Shown here one piece after another: positions 9,531 through 20,559 of a stretch of DNA of 64,000 nt. Under the pieces are notes generated by a model, which made no database searches, had not been told where the DNA came from, and saw only the letters and a program-made list of their open reading frames with translations. The position numbers and the translations under genes were made by a program. The stretch spans positions 1 through 64,000 of the IMG/VR virus record IMGVR_UViG_3300042010_000106; one strand, given 5' to 3'. Position 1 is the first letter of the stretch. Every line of letters begins with the position of its first letter.

Positions 9531-9572
9531 AAAAGGCCGACGCGATTATTCGTATCGGCCTTTTTGTCTTTC
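9531..9572 (+). terminator. intrinsic terminator ending the capsid operon (possibly bidirectional)
   Basis: AAAAGGCCGA...TCGGCCTTTTT. Confidence 0.85.
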
Positions 9573-9583
9573 TGGGGCAAAAA

Positions 9584-10318
9584 ATGTCAGAAGAACAGGA
9601 AAATCCCTCGATACTTTCAGCTCTGCGCCGGAAAGATTTGTTAGGCACAACTGAATTCAAACAAACCCATTTATTTGCTTCTTTCGCTGGCATCCGCAAA
9701 GTGTTTAAGCGATTTTTCAAGCTTAGCGAACTGCCATTCGTGCACTCAAACGACGTAAAAGTGCTTCAGCGAGGGAAGTTTGAACCGAGCTTCCCGTATG
9801 CTTACGTGAGTATCACAAGCATGGGGATTTCGGAGAACAATGTGGACGTTGCACGTATTCGCCGTCACGGTGGCGGGCACACAGTGCATCAAGCAAACTC
9901 CACGTTAACAAAGCACTACTTTTTCCCGATCACTTTGAAGGTTGAACTGCATTTCATCACTGACGATTTCTTGAAAGCAATTCAGTTCATGTCTGAAGCG
10001 CTGATCCTCAGTCAAACGAAGGTGCTGACTTTCACATTGAGAACGGGAGACGTTGAAGGCTTTGTAACTATCACACCGGAATCGAAGGATCTGCAACTGC
10101 CGCGTGCTGATAAAGAAAACGAAGTTGACCCTGAATCGTTCGATATTGTTTGTAACTTCAGTATTGATACGTGGACTGGTGTTAGTCGTGAAACAGCGAA
10201 AGTGAATAACAATGGCGAAGTGGAATTGAACGTTAGCATCGCTACTGACGCGGACACACTTCAAATAATCGACACGGAAACTTCTCATATCAAAACGGCA
10301 GACGTTCATGAAAAATAA
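9584..10318 (+). CDS. putative neck/tail-completion protein
   Basis: FPYAYVSI motif, size and position upstream of sheath. Confidence 0.5.
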   Translation: MSEEQENPSILSALRRKDLLGTTEFKQTHLFASFAGIRKVFKRFFKLSELPFVHSNDVKVLQRGKFEPSFPYAYVSITSMGISENNVDVARIRRHGGGHTVHQANSTLTKHYFFPITLKVELHFITDDFLKAIQFMSEALILSQTKVLTFTLRTGDVEGFVTITPESKDLQLPRADKENEVDPESFDIVCNFSIDTWTGVSRETAKVNNNGEVELNVSIATDADTLQIIDTETSHIKTADVHEK

Positions 10319-11654
10319 ACCCGTTTATAAGCCGCTGGCTAAAACAGTCGTCACTGAAATCAAGCATGCAATTGTTGATACCGTGCGCCGTGTGGGCCAA
10401 TCGCATCACACCGTAGCAACGAAAATCAGCCGCGATATTCTGTCGCAAACTGAAGTGATTGTAGGCCCTGATAAAACCTACACGTTGAAAGACGTTCACA
10501 ATATCGTTTCTATTTTTGCACCGCATCCAATCGTTGCAGAATTCGTAGGCTTCGGCACAATTCCCGAAGAGGAAAGCACAACCGAACAAATCTTTTTCGA
10601 CGCTGTACTGACTGTAGGCCGCGCAGATGCAGGCCGTTTTGTGCAAGTCTTTGTCGAAGATTTGGATATGTTCACAGAGGCACCGCTTGAATGCGAAGTC
10701 GTGAACATGCGCACAGGCGAAACGGAATACTTTGAGATTCGCAAAGAAAGCGAAGGCATTTACGCAGGGTTTTTCCAGACGCAAAACAACGATGCAACCG
10801 GCACCAACTTCGACGGCGTTCTGTACGTGCGCGAATCGGATACACTGCGCATCACATACAACGAAGCATTTGCAGCGAATGGCAAAAGTCGCGAAGTGAT
10901 TCAAGAAGTTGTTGTCACATTGGATTTCAAACCGACTGTTCTGGAATGTCCCGAAACAATTCCGTTCAATGCCCTGTTGGCGATTCGTGTTTTGAATCCT
11001 GTTGGTTCCCGTGTGAAAGTGCAGAACATGCGCACGCTCTATTCCATTGAGCAACATATCGGAACTTATCAACCAATTCTGATGGCCTACGAAGACGGGC
11101 CGCTGGTAATGGATGTGCAGGACAACGACACACTGATGATTACCACGCTGGGCAAAGACAGCTTTGGTCAAGATCAAATCATTAGTCGGAATATTCACAT
11201 TGCAAGTGCGCCGGTTGCGGCAACGATTGATGTTGCTTCTGTTGCCGACGTAAAGCAACGGTTTCTGATCAAAGTGCAGGACGACAATCTGCCTGCGACA
11301 GCACGTGTAAAAATCACGAACGGTAATACTTCGAACGTTTCCGAAATGGGCATGATTGAAGCGTATCCGAATAGCGGTCAATTCTCTTTGGAATTGGATT
11401 CGCTTACGTACTTCGGTTTGCCGGGTCAATTGCTCGTTATGTCGTACGAAACTGCACAAGGTTTGACTGTGCAAAAGAACGTTTCGTTGGTCATGACACA
11501 AACCGAAGAATGCAAAGAAGTCGTGCCTAGCGCGCCTGTTTCTAATCCCGTTGTGTTCAACATTAACGGATTGTTCACGCTGAATGGTTCCTTTGCAGGG
11601 ACAATTAAATTGAGTGCGCCGGATTTGGTTCGTTGCACAATCATAAAAGCGTAA
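10308..11654 (+). CDS. virion structural protein with Ig-like beta repeats
   Basis: repeated 'V.D.D....V.N..TGE.E....E....G.F.G' units. Confidence 0.6.
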   Translation: MKNKPVYKPLAKTVVTEIKHAIVDTVRRVGQSHHTVATKISRDILSQTEVIVGPDKTYTLKDVHNIVSIFAPHPIVAEFVGFGTIPEEESTTEQIFFDAVLTVGRADAGRFVQVFVEDLDMFTEAPLECEVVNMRTGETEYFEIRKESEGIYAGFFQTQNNDATGTNFDGVLYVRESDTLRITYNEAFAANGKSREVIQEVVVTLDFKPTVLECPETIPFNALLAIRVLNPVGSRVKVQNMRTLYSIEQHIGTYQPILMAYEDGPLVMDVQDNDTLMITTLGKDSFGQDQIISRNIHIASAPVAATIDVASVADVKQRFLIKVQDDNLPATARVKITNGNTSNVSEMGMIEAYPNSGQFSLELDSLTYFGLPGQLLVMSYETAQGLTVQKNVSLVMTQTEECKEVVPSAPVSNPVVFNINGLFTLNGSFAGTIKLSAPDLVRCTIIKA

Positions 11655-11696
11655 TTTATAAGTAATCCCACAAAGGGAGATATACGGAGAGCTGCT

Positions 11697-13301
11697 ATGC
11701 CCCTTTACAACGGCAGTAATACTGCTCCGGGTATGTACGGCGGAGAGGAAGACAATTCTTTTTCTCCAACGCAACGTTACCCAAGCACGGGCGCAATGGT
11801 AGGCGAAGCAAATCGCGGTCAAGTCGGCATTCCTGTTCGCTTAACAAGCAAAGAAGAATGGCGCAGCCTTTTTGGCCGTCGTGACGCTACCCTTACCTAT
11901 GCCCACTTCTGTGCAGAACGTTTCCTCGAAATTGCACAAACAATGTGGTTCATTCGTGTTGATACCGAGGCGAATTACGGTTCGTGCAGTATCCGCACCG
12001 TGAACGGTTTCGCTACCGGGAAAGCTGCTACAAATGGCTACCTCGATCCAGTCACCGAACACAACCAATTGCCAGACGAAATTCTGCTGATCTACGGGGC
12101 TAACCCCGGTTCGTGGAACAACAATCTGCGCGTTCTGCTTTACCCGGACACGAACGATATCGAAAACGAATTGTTCATTTTGCAAGTGTTCGAAACCAAC
12201 ATGAATGCCCCGGTTGAAACACACCGTGTTGTTCTGCGCGACAAAGTAAACGGCGTTAACAAGCAATTGAACGTCGAATACGTTTTGGAAAATGAAAGCA
12301 CGCGCATCCGTGCGAAAATCAACGTAGACAATCCACAATGGATTGCGAACGAAGGTAAGCTGCGTTTGGTTAACGCCATCGTAACGCAAGACCTGAGCTA
12401 CGGTGATAACGGTCGCAAAGCAAACAACGGCGACATCATGAACGCGTGGGAAGAGTTTTCCAACGAAGACGATTTCGAAATCCGCATTCTGATCAACGCA
12501 GGTTACACCGACACGGGCGTTCAAAACCGCATGCTGCAATTGTGCGAAGAACGTCGCGACTGTTTCGCAATTCTCGACATTCCATCGGATATGCAAACCG
12601 TTGCACGTGCTGTCGATTACCGCCGTAACATCCTGAACGCCAACACCAGTTTCGGTGCGATTTATTGCTCTGACATTCTGGAAGTGACGGACGAAGGCCA
12701 AGAAATTTACGTTCCATGCTCCGGTGCAATCGCTGCTGTGTTCGCACAGTCCGACGCCGCTGAAGCTGAATGGTGGGCGCCTGCTGGTGTGACCCGTGGT
12801 GTGATCAAAAACATCAACGGTATTCGCCACAAGTATTCGCAGAACGAGCGTAACATTCTCGACCAGAACCAAATCAACTTCATTCACAAATTCAGCGGCT
12901 ACGGCTTCTGCGTTTGGGGTGCACAAACTCTGCAAGCGCAAAAGTCCGCACTGCAAGATATTCCGGTACGTCGCCTGATCAACACGATTGAAACGACTGC
13001 GAAATATGACGGGCTTGTGATTCTGTTCGATCCGAACGATGAATTCTTGTGGGGCCAGTTGAAAGGTTTGATCGAAGCGATTCTGCGTCCGATCATGAAC
13101 GCCCGTGGCCTGTATTTCTACGCTGTGAAATGTGACAAAGACACTAACCCGCCTGCACAAGTTGCTAACGGTGATATTGCTGCTGTCTACATCATTCAGC
13201 CGATGCGGTACGCGAAACGAATTCTGTTCACGACTACCGTAGCGGCCACCGGGCAACTGAGTACCGCTGTCGATTACGTGACTGCTGACACGAACATTTA
13301 A
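11697..13301 (+). CDS. tail sheath protein
   Basis: WWAPAG..RG, QINFI, VWGAQTL, IPVRRL, FDPND, VKCDKDTNPP: T4 gp18-type motifs. Confidence 0.95.
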   Translation: MPLYNGSNTAPGMYGGEEDNSFSPTQRYPSTGAMVGEANRGQVGIPVRLTSKEEWRSLFGRRDATLTYAHFCAERFLEIAQTMWFIRVDTEANYGSCSIRTVNGFATGKAATNGYLDPVTEHNQLPDEILLIYGANPGSWNNNLRVLLYPDTNDIENELFILQVFETNMNAPVETHRVVLRDKVNGVNKQLNVEYVLENESTRIRAKINVDNPQWIANEGKLRLVNAIVTQDLSYGDNGRKANNGDIMNAWEEFSNEDDFEIRILINAGYTDTGVQNRMLQLCEERRDCFAILDIPSDMQTVARAVDYRRNILNANTSFGAIYCSDILEVTDEGQEIYVPCSGAIAAVFAQSDAAEAEWWAPAGVTRGVIKNINGIRHKYSQNERNILDQNQINFIHKFSGYGFCVWGAQTLQAQKSALQDIPVRRLINTIETTAKYDGLVILFDPNDEFLWGQLKGLIEAILRPIMNARGLYFYAVKCDKDTNPPAQVANGDIAAVYIIQPMRYAKRILFTTTVAATGQLSTAVDYVTADTNI

Positions 13302-13314
13302 GGGAAGCATTGAC

Positions 13315-13824
13315 ATGCCAAAGGTAACGCTTAACGAAACGTATAGCTTGCCCGATCCGATGTTGAACGATAACTACGATATCGTTTTTACTGACATTCC
13401 GGGCGGCGGGAACGGTCGTCAACTTCGCATTCAAACCTTGAGTGCTGCACTTCCGGGTGCCACTCTGCAAACGGTTGAAGTCGAATTGTTCGGCCACAAA
13501 CTGATTTACGCAGCGCGTAAAACTTTCAGCCACCAAATGACTGTCGCCCTGCACGAAGTGTGGGACGGTCGTACGTACGTGGCAATCAAAGGTTGGATGG
13601 CCCTCGGTCGCGCAACCCAAACCCAAACCGGTGGTTTCTCGGCTGAATACATGCGTACTGCTGTACTCACCATTTACAACCAAAAAGGCGATCCAGCAAT
13701 GGCGTGGAATATCCATCGGATGTTCCCGACTGAGCTGCCAGAATATGCGTTTGAAGGTAGCGGTGGTCAAGCCCTTCGTTGCGATGCGCAATTCGCTTAC
13801 GGCTACGTTGAACGTAACAGTTAA
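13315..13824 (+). CDS. tail tube protein
   Basis: follows sheath; 169 aa; gp19-like pattern ending FPTEL..F.Y. Confidence 0.85.
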   Translation: MPKVTLNETYSLPDPMLNDNYDIVFTDIPGGGNGRQLRIQTLSAALPGATLQTVEVELFGHKLIYAARKTFSHQMTVALHEVWDGRTYVAIKGWMALGRATQTQTGGFSAEYMRTAVLTIYNQKGDPAMAWNIHRMFPTELPEYAFEGSGGQALRCDAQFAYGYVERNS

Positions 13825-13840
13825 TCGCAGCCAATGAACG

Positions 13841-13874
13841 AAGCCCGGTGCATCTTTTTGTATCGGGCTTTTTT
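13841..13874 (+). terminator. intrinsic terminator
   Basis: AAGCCCGGTGCA...TGTATCGGGCTTTTTT. Confidence 0.85.
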
Positions 13875-13890
13875 CGCTTGTGAGGTATAC

Positions 13891-14394
13891 ATGGGCATTC
13901 TAACCCTTGATGAATTTTACAAACGTCGAAGTGGCGACCGTAGCCCATTACTGAACATGTATTGGTACTGCGTAGAATTACCTTTCGGCGGCGATTTGGA
14001 TTATGTAGAAACGGTGAATATTCCTTTCCCGTCTCTGAACATGAAACCATTGTTCGCTGGCGCCAAGTTTTTGCAATACCCCGGATTTCTTGAAGTAAGT
14101 GCATTCGATGTCCAGCTTTACGAAGACGTGCGCGCTCGCTCCCGCAAATGGGCGCAGGCATGGCAGGAACGAATTCGTAACCCGAACACAGGCACTTACT
14201 ATTTGCCGTCTCACTACAAACGCGATATGAAATTCGCTTTGACTGACGGCACGACACGTGACACACCGATTTTGACAATCACTTTGCAAGAATGCTGGCC
14301 GACGCAAATGTCTGGTTGGGATTTGACAAACACCGACGGCCAACCGCTGAAAACACAAGTAAACTTTGCAACTGATGGAGTGTTAATTGAATGA
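13891..14394 (+). CDS. tube-like protein (tail tube initiator/paralog)
   Basis: GAGG SD; tube-like pattern (CWPTQM...VNF). Confidence 0.65.
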   Translation: MGILTLDEFYKRRSGDRSPLLNMYWYCVELPFGGDLDYVETVNIPFPSLNMKPLFAGAKFLQYPGFLEVSAFDVQLYEDVRARSRKWAQAWQERIRNPNTGTYYLPSHYKRDMKFALTDGTTRDTPILTITLQECWPTQMSGWDLTNTDGQPLKTQVNFATDGVLIE

Positions 14395-15173
14395 AATTTG
14401 AATGCGCTAAACTCCCGTCTCGCGGCATCCCGTACGCAGTTAAGGAAATCAACGTTTCTCCTTTCCGTCCGGTGCACATGTCGTTTGTTTCTGAAGCGAT
14501 TTACGCACGGAACAACGCGCCGCTGATCGAAGCCGTTTCCATGGTTGTGGATTTCGACGCCAAGCAATTAACCGATGGTGATTTCTATTACATTCTCGCA
14601 TGGCTGCGTTTCAACAGCCGCGATTTGCCAATCTATTCTGATTGGGAATGTGGTGGTGTTTACTTCACTCGTAAAGACGACGACAAAGAATACACAATCT
14701 CCGACATCGACCAAATGGTTGAGCAATGGGAACTCGCCGAAGGCACTGAAGCACAGGCCGAAATGGAAGACCCACGCACAATTGATTTCATCGAAAACGA
14801 TTGTCACCATCACAACAAAGTCGAAGTAAAATTCGAAGATTTCTCTGTCAAGTTCATGAAAGAAGATCCACTCGATCCGCGACTGGACTACCCACGTGCA
14901 ATGCACATGGTTGAATACGTTGGACTGCGGGAAGAAAACCGTTACAAGAAATTGATTGGGCCAGTGCGCTATATCAAAGAAGGTCAAACACTGCACGCTA
15001 AATTGAACCTCGTTCTGGAATCGGATTCTATGGAACTGTTCGACATAGCAGCACGCGCAAACTTCGAATACGAACACGGTATTTTGCAACGTGTTTATAA
15101 ATCGTGCGAACGTTGCGGTATCGACCATGCTTTCGACGTTGCGATTGACGCTCACTCTTTCTTTATGGAGTAA
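14391..15173 (+). CDS. baseplate hub assembly protein (T4 gp26/gp51-like)
   Basis: LPSRG.PY, LTDGDFYYILAWLR, C-terminal CERC. Confidence 0.65.
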   Translation: MKFECAKLPSRGIPYAVKEINVSPFRPVHMSFVSEAIYARNNAPLIEAVSMVVDFDAKQLTDGDFYYILAWLRFNSRDLPIYSDWECGGVYFTRKDDDKEYTISDIDQMVEQWELAEGTEAQAEMEDPRTIDFIENDCHHHNKVEVKFEDFSVKFMKEDPLDPRLDYPRAMHMVEYVGLREENRYKKLIGPVRYIKEGQTLHAKLNLVLESDSMELFDIAARANFEYEHGILQRVYKSCERCGIDHAFDVAIDAHSFFME

Positions 15174-15176
15174 GCA

Positions 15177-16139
15177 ATGACTACAAGCCAGAATGCCTAT
15201 TACTCGGACGCCCGGTATTTCGATATCGGCGATATGCCCAGCGGCGGTAAAACATACGACTACGACAGGTTTTATGTTCGTCAATTTGCGGCAGAAGAAT
15301 TACCGCTGCTGCACTACGGCATGAACACCCGAGTGCGCGCACATGAACACGTTATCCGTGCCGTTCAAATGGCTTGTAGTGCTGACCTTTCGCAATTGAC
15401 TGACGGTGATTTGTGCTACGTGATGGCATGGATTCGTCGGCAATCTTTTCCTGAAACGCCACTGCAAGCAAAGTACATTTGTACGAACATGCTTTATCAG
15501 GATGATGTCGGAAACATTTACCGCGACCTCTCACGGAAAGAAGCTGAAATTAAAGGCTACGTGTTGAAGGCGTGCGGTCGTGATAACGTCAACCTAATCA
15601 AAAGCACGGCGATTAAAATTCACACGCTGGAAGACGAAAATCTGCAAGTCATTGACCATCCTGAAATTGATTTCGCACGCGTAAGCACACTGGCGGACTT
15701 TCATGAATACGTCGATGACAATCCGCACATGCGGTACAAAGCAGACTTGGCCCGGTGGATTCGCAAAGGCAAAACACTCAAAGCAAAACTCATGTATTTG
15801 GATTCCCAAAAGGATTTCAAATTGTGGGAAGAAATCGAACGCATAAAGAATGCGCACTTCCACGGTATCACTGAAGAGATTCAGTTGCGTTGCTCTGACT
15901 GCAACCATGTCAAGATGCACGAATCGACGCCGTGTTTGCTGAAGTTCTTCGCCGACAATAGCGACAAAGACGTGTACAACATGACGTACAATTTGATGGC
16001 GCAATTCGGTGCGAGTCCTAACCTGAAAATGCCTGCCCAAATGCTGATGTATCACCACAGCACATTGGTTGATGACCGTCGCAAGTCTGAGCAAGCTGCA
16101 AAAGAACGGGCCGCGCAGCATCGCAAGGGGTTTAGATAA
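15177..16139 (+). CDS. baseplate hub assembly protein (gp26/gp51-like paralog)
   Basis: MPSGG..Y, LTDGDLCYVMAWIR, CSDC; paralog of preceding ORF. Confidence 0.65.
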   Translation: MTTSQNAYYSDARYFDIGDMPSGGKTYDYDRFYVRQFAAEELPLLHYGMNTRVRAHEHVIRAVQMACSADLSQLTDGDLCYVMAWIRRQSFPETPLQAKYICTNMLYQDDVGNIYRDLSRKEAEIKGYVLKACGRDNVNLIKSTAIKIHTLEDENLQVIDHPEIDFARVSTLADFHEYVDDNPHMRYKADLARWIRKGKTLKAKLMYLDSQKDFKLWEEIERIKNAHFHGITEEIQLRCSDCNHVKMHESTPCLLKFFADNSDKDVYNMTYNLMAQFGASPNLKMPAQMLMYHHSTLVDDRRKSEQAAKERAAQHRKGFR

Positions 16140-19100
16140 TGGCAAAGCTGTCAGAATTAAATGCAATTGCGGGAAAGCATGATCCGCGTTCGAAGCCCCA
16201 AAAGGGCAGCGCGCTTATGCAGCATTCTCGCGGTGCAAATGAACATCACGTGGAAATCAGCGAACGCCAAGGAAACGGAACACGCCGCCCTTCGCAATAC
16301 GCTCCACGAAATGTTACAGGCCGTGCCGAACGTATCGCGCATCCATCGGTGAACATTCGCGGGCCGGACAACAGCGCATTGATTGAGCATCAAACTGATG
16401 TCATGAAATCACAAGGCGTTGCGGTCAACAAACAATCGCAAGTTCTGGCACAACAAACGGGTCTGATGCACGATCAAATCCGCGCAACAAAAGACGTATC
16501 GCAAGTGGTGGAACGTCTTTACGAATACATGCAGAAAGAAGGGAATAAACTCAATCCCAAAGTTCAGCAAAGTGCAAAAGGGAATACGTACGAAGGCCAG
16601 TTCGAACGTGTTCAAGAAAAACAAATGGCTATGCAGGAACAGCGCCAACGTCGTCGTGAAATTTCCGATGATTTGCGCCGTCAACGTAGCGAACGCGCAC
16701 GCGGAATGGATCGTGACGAACGCGGTCGGTTTCAACGTGGCAAAAAAGGTTTGATTCCAAAGATTCAAGATTTCGGCGGTCGCTTAGGTGGTGCCGGTGG
16801 CGCTGGCGGTCGTTTGGGAGGTATGGGTGGTGGTGCCGGTGGTTTGCTCCGTATGGCTGGCCCTCTTCTTGCGCTCGCTACAGCTTTCTACGGCGGCAAA
16901 GCAATGGAAGCTGCCAGCGACAACTACCGTTATGATGTGAAAAATGCAGGAACAGTTGCACGCGGTTGGCAATCGACAAAAGACGTTGTAGGTGACGCAC
17001 TTGGCGGCATCGGCGGCGATCAAATGGCGATGATGGCACAGAATCCAAAATTCGCGGGTGATATTGCAGGCGCTACCAAGAAAGGAAAAGAAGGTGGCCT
17101 CGGTTCTGTATCTGCTTATTTTGAATCTGGTAATCGCGGCGTTGAAACCGTTTCTACAGGGAAAGGCGACAACGGCGGTGTAAGTTACGGCACGCACCAA
17201 CTCAGTTCTAAATCGGGCACCATGAATGCGTTCCTGCGTTCTGAAGAAGGCTCGAAATATTACAATGAATTCCGTGGTCTGAAAGCAGGCTCCAAAGAAT
17301 TCAACGAGAAATACCTCGACGTTGTGAAGAACGACAAAGAGGGTATGGAAGGCGCACAGAAAGCGTTCATTAAAAAGACGCATTTCGATCCGCTGTCGAG
17401 CTGGGTAAACAAACAATACGGTATCGACGTTAACGAACGTAGCCGCGCTGTACAGGAATTGATGTATTCGCTTTCTGTTCAACACGGTGCGTCTGGTGCG
17501 CAGGACATTATTTCGCAAGCGTTCGGCAACCGTGATGCTGCGTCAATGAGCGACAAGGAAATCATTGACCGCATTCAGAAATATCGTACATACAACGTCG
17601 GTTCTCTGTTTCGTTCCAGCAGTAAAGAAACACAAGTTGCAATGCAGGAACGCGGCTGGAAAGAAACCGCTGCATTGAACAACCTGCTGGAAACGGAAAA
17701 TAGCGGTAACGGTTCTGTTGCAGGATCGAATTACAAAGGCATGGGTTCGGCTATGGCCGGTACTGGTGAATTTGCGGCTGCTCAAAAGAGTTTCGGCGGT
17801 AAACCAAACCTAATGCTCGCTTCTGGAAACGGCGGTGGCGGTGGTGGTTCTTCAAACGGTACTGTAGGCGTTATGGCACCGGGCGGCGGTTCTGCTTCTG
17901 GTGCATCCGGTAACGCTGACGAAGCTGGCGCAAATGCTGGCGTGGAATATCAGGATAACGGAAACTTTTTCAACATTGGTGTGAAGAACGTTGTTCCTGC
18001 TGACTCCAGTGTAAACCTTGCTGGATTGAATCCGAAATTTCAGAAAGCTTTCTTCACCATGGTTGGTGATTGGGTAACGAATTTCGGTGGTGGTACAGTT
18101 ACTTCTGCTTCTGCATTCCGTACCCGCGCTGAGCAAGAAGCTTTGTGGGTAAAATACGGACGAAATACCAAACGTGTTGCACGTCCGGGTACATCGCGTC
18201 ACGAATCTGGTTTTGCAATCGACATCGACCGTAATTCTGCTGGCAAACTTGAGCAATCAGGAATGTTTAAGAAATACGGTTTCCATCGCCCACTTTCCAA
18301 CGAGCCTTGGCACGTTGAAATGGTCGGTGCTGGTAAAGGTGGTGGCGGTGTTTCCACTTCTGGTTCGGCTCCAAGTCCGCAAGTAATGCAAAAAGCTGCG
18401 GAACAGGAACTGAATAAAGTTGGCGAATCGCAAGTTGTTAGCGCGGAAGAAGGCACACGCCAAGCAGTCACGAAAGAGAATGCAAAAGCTGAAGCCGAAG
18501 TGCAAAGCATGCAGTCTGCAATTGCTGGCGGTGCTGATCCAACCACAACCGGTGAACCTCCTGCTGCTGGCGCTGGAAAAGAAGGCGAAGTTTCTACAAC
18601 TGCGCAGGGTGGCGGTGCCGAGAAAATCGACGCAGCAAATCGCACACCAGAACAACAAGCAATGTATGAACAGTATCTGAAAAGTTCTGGCGGTGATCCA
18701 CGGAAAGTTCCGCCTGATATTTTCACCAATCCGGCTGCATATGGATTGAGTGCAAAAGATGCTGAAGGGCAGAAGGTGATGAAACCCGGCGAGCCAATGC
18801 CACCAATGGTTACGGCTGGTGGTTTGCCTCCTGCGCTCAACGGAATGAAAACAACACCACGCCCAAATGATCCTGATATTTTCACGAACGGTGCTGCATA
18901 TGGATTGGACGGAAAGCCGGGACAAGTCGCGCTAGACGTGAATGGTCAACCGTACGAAGACCTCAATTATCGTGGCGGAAAAATCAACACGATGGCAACG
19001 CCGGGTGTGCAGACAGGACAAATTCAAAGCACTGCGGAATTGTTCAAGAATCCACAAGGCGGCGCGGCAGTTCAAAGCGGTAATCCTTTTGGCGCAAATC

Positions 19101-19834
19101 CTAACGGGCCTGTAATGGGGCCGAATGGAGTTCAAAAGGAACCGGGATTGCTTGATAGATTCGGAATTAAACCAACGATTTATCAAAGCGGTGCAGGTGT
19201 TGGTGGCGGTATTAGTGGTGGCGTTCTCGGCGGCATCAACATGAACAAAGGCGTTCGTGGAAAAGGTTCTGTTTCCTACACGCCGCCGTCTGTGTCTGGT
19301 GTTTTGGGTTCCCAAGGTTTGGGCATCCCCGGAATGAATGGTCAAATTGGCGGAATTATTGACGGTTTAACACGCGGTCAAAAACCCGGCAAAGACAGCA
19401 TGATTGATATGGCGGCATCGGCGGCAATTGGTGGTTTGTTTTCCATGGCGCAGGATCGTCCTAAACCAATGGAACCAACTGTTTCGCCAGTGCAATCTTT
19501 TACCAGTCCTGCGTCACCTTCGTATTATGCAAATGAACAACCAATCGTAGCGAAAGCAGCGACAATGGCACCGGCTTCTGTAATGCCTGTGCAAACAACG
19601 ACAGCACCGGTCGAAGCAACGCGTCAAGCATACGATCCAGTGCAATCGGTTAACGTTGTTAGTGCACCACCTCAAGAAAGCGCACCGGCTGTTGCTGGCG
19701 GGCCTGCTGCGGGTTCTGGTGCTGCTGGTGGCGGTGCAGGCGCGGGCGGTGGTTCTGATATGCCACAACTCGACGAAATTCCTGCAATGCTCGACGACTA
19801 CGGTTTACTGTTCATCAATTCAGGATATTGCTAA
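16139..19834 (+). CDS. tape measure/tail-associated lysin with lysozyme-like (VgrG3-C-like) and M15 peptidase domains
   Basis: coiled-coil and Gly-rich regions; FESG..GD.GGVSYG.HQL; FRT..EQ...ARPGTSRHESGFAIDI...EPWHVE. Confidence 0.8.
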   Translation: MAKLSELNAIAGKHDPRSKPQKGSALMQHSRGANEHHVEISERQGNGTRRPSQYAPRNVTGRAERIAHPSVNIRGPDNSALIEHQTDVMKSQGVAVNKQSQVLAQQTGLMHDQIRATKDVSQVVERLYEYMQKEGNKLNPKVQQSAKGNTYEGQFERVQEKQMAMQEQRQRRREISDDLRRQRSERARGMDRDERGRFQRGKKGLIPKIQDFGGRLGGAGGAGGRLGGMGGGAGGLLRMAGPLLALATAFYGGKAMEAASDNYRYDVKNAGTVARGWQSTKDVVGDALGGIGGDQMAMMAQNPKFAGDIAGATKKGKEGGLGSVSAYFESGNRGVETVSTGKGDNGGVSYGTHQLSSKSGTMNAFLRSEEGSKYYNEFRGLKAGSKEFNEKYLDVVKNDKEGMEGAQKAFIKKTHFDPLSSWVNKQYGIDVNERSRAVQELMYSLSVQHGASGAQDIISQAFGNRDAASMSDKEIIDRIQKYRTYNVGSLFRSSSKETQVAMQERGWKETAALNNLLETENSGNGSVAGSNYKGMGSAMAGTGEFAAAQKSFGGKPNLMLASGNGGGGGGSSNGTVGVMAPGGGSASGASGNADEAGANAGVEYQDNGNFFNIGVKNVVPADSSVNLAGLNPKFQKAFFTMVGDWVTNFGGGTVTSASAFRTRAEQEALWVKYGRNTKRVARPGTSRHESGFAIDIDRNSAGKLEQSGMFKKYGFHRPLSNEPWHVEMVGAGKGGGGVSTSGSAPSPQVMQKAAEQELNKVGESQVVSAEEGTRQAVTKENAKAEAEVQSMQSAIAGGADPTTTGEPPAAGAGKEGEVSTTAQGGGAEKIDAANRTPEQQAMYEQYLKSSGGDPRKVPPDIFTNPAAYGLSAKDAEGQKVMKPGEPMPPMVTAGGLPPALNGMKTTPRPNDPDIFTNGAAYGLDGKPGQVALDVNGQPYEDLNYRGGKINTMATPGVQTGQIQSTAELFKNPQGGAAVQSGNPFGANPNGPVMGPNGVQKEPGLLDRFGIKPTIYQSGAGVGGGISGGVLGGINMNKGVRGKGSVSYTPPSVSGVLGSQGLGIPGMNGQIGGIIDGLTRGQKPGKDSMIDMAASAAIGGLFSMAQDRPKPMEPTVSPVQSFTSPASPSYYANEQPIVAKAATMAPASVMPVQTTTAPVEATRQAYDPVQSVNVVSAPPQESAPAVAGGPAAGSGAAGGGAGAGGGSDMPQLDEIPAMLDDYGLLFINSGYC

Positions 19835-20550
19835 TGGCAACTGCTAACACGGTCAACCCTTCACCACCTCCGAGTACCCCGCGTGCACGTCCTGAAATTT
19901 CCAGTATTTATACTGCGCAATTGGACGTGCGACGTGACGGGGAATCTTACATCAACATGGATACACCATTGCCCGAAAACTTTTCGATGCAATTGGCTTC
20001 GCAATATGATCGACCGTTTGCACAACCTCTGTCGCAAAGCGCTGGTGATGCTGCCGGTGCTGGTGGTGGTGCGCAAAGTGCCGAAACGATTTTGCGTGCT
20101 ACTACAGGCGCAACATCGGTTAACAAAAACTTGAGTGGTGCTGTGTGGTCGTCTGGTTCGACGCTCACACTTTCCATTCCTTTTGTTGTGACTGCTTACG
20201 ACAATGCGCGTGAAGAAGTTACCGACAAAATGAAAAAGCTTTTGCAACTGGTGGCACCGTCTGAAGGCGTGGCCGGAATGCTTATGGCCCCCGGCCCACA
20301 CGTAGGCAATGCTTCTGCAATGCTTTCGGGAGATTTCAGTGGTGGTGTGCAATTGGGCGGCGATGACATCACGTTAAGTATTGGACGTTTTCTTGTGTTC
20401 ACACCGTGCATCATTACGGACGTTAACTGCACATTCGATACGCAGTTCGACAAAGACGGGCAACCGATTGCGGCGACAATTAACGTGACGTTTGAAGCGT
20501 ACTGGACAACCACTAAAGAAGACCTCGATAAATTCTTCGGCGTCTTCTAA
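19834..20550 (+). CDS. baseplate/tube-initiator protein (gp48-like)
   Basis: after tape measure; CIITDVNCTF...PIAATINVTF pattern. Confidence 0.55.
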   Translation: MATANTVNPSPPPSTPRARPEISSIYTAQLDVRRDGESYINMDTPLPENFSMQLASQYDRPFAQPLSQSAGDAAGAGGGAQSAETILRATTGATSVNKNLSGAVWSSGSTLTLSIPFVVTAYDNAREEVTDKMKKLLQLVAPSEGVAGMLMAPGPHVGNASAMLSGDFSGGVQLGGDDITLSIGRFLVFTPCIITDVNCTFDTQFDKDGQPIAATINVTFEAYWTTTKEDLDKFFGVF

Positions 20551-20559
20551 GGAGGACAA

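Noticed and set aside
5509-13316. Long minus-strand ORFs (5509-7077, 7004-7993, 7776-8771, 10290-11822, 11841-13316; also 50696-52087)
   Set aside because: They mirror strongly codon-biased + strand genes, have no recognisable motifs or SDs, and are antisense shadow frames
14391-16139. Tail-assembly-chaperone (G/GT-type) frameshift before the tape measure
   Set aside because: The two ORFs are separate paralogs in the same frame, the second with its own SD and ATG; no slippery heptamer at the junction
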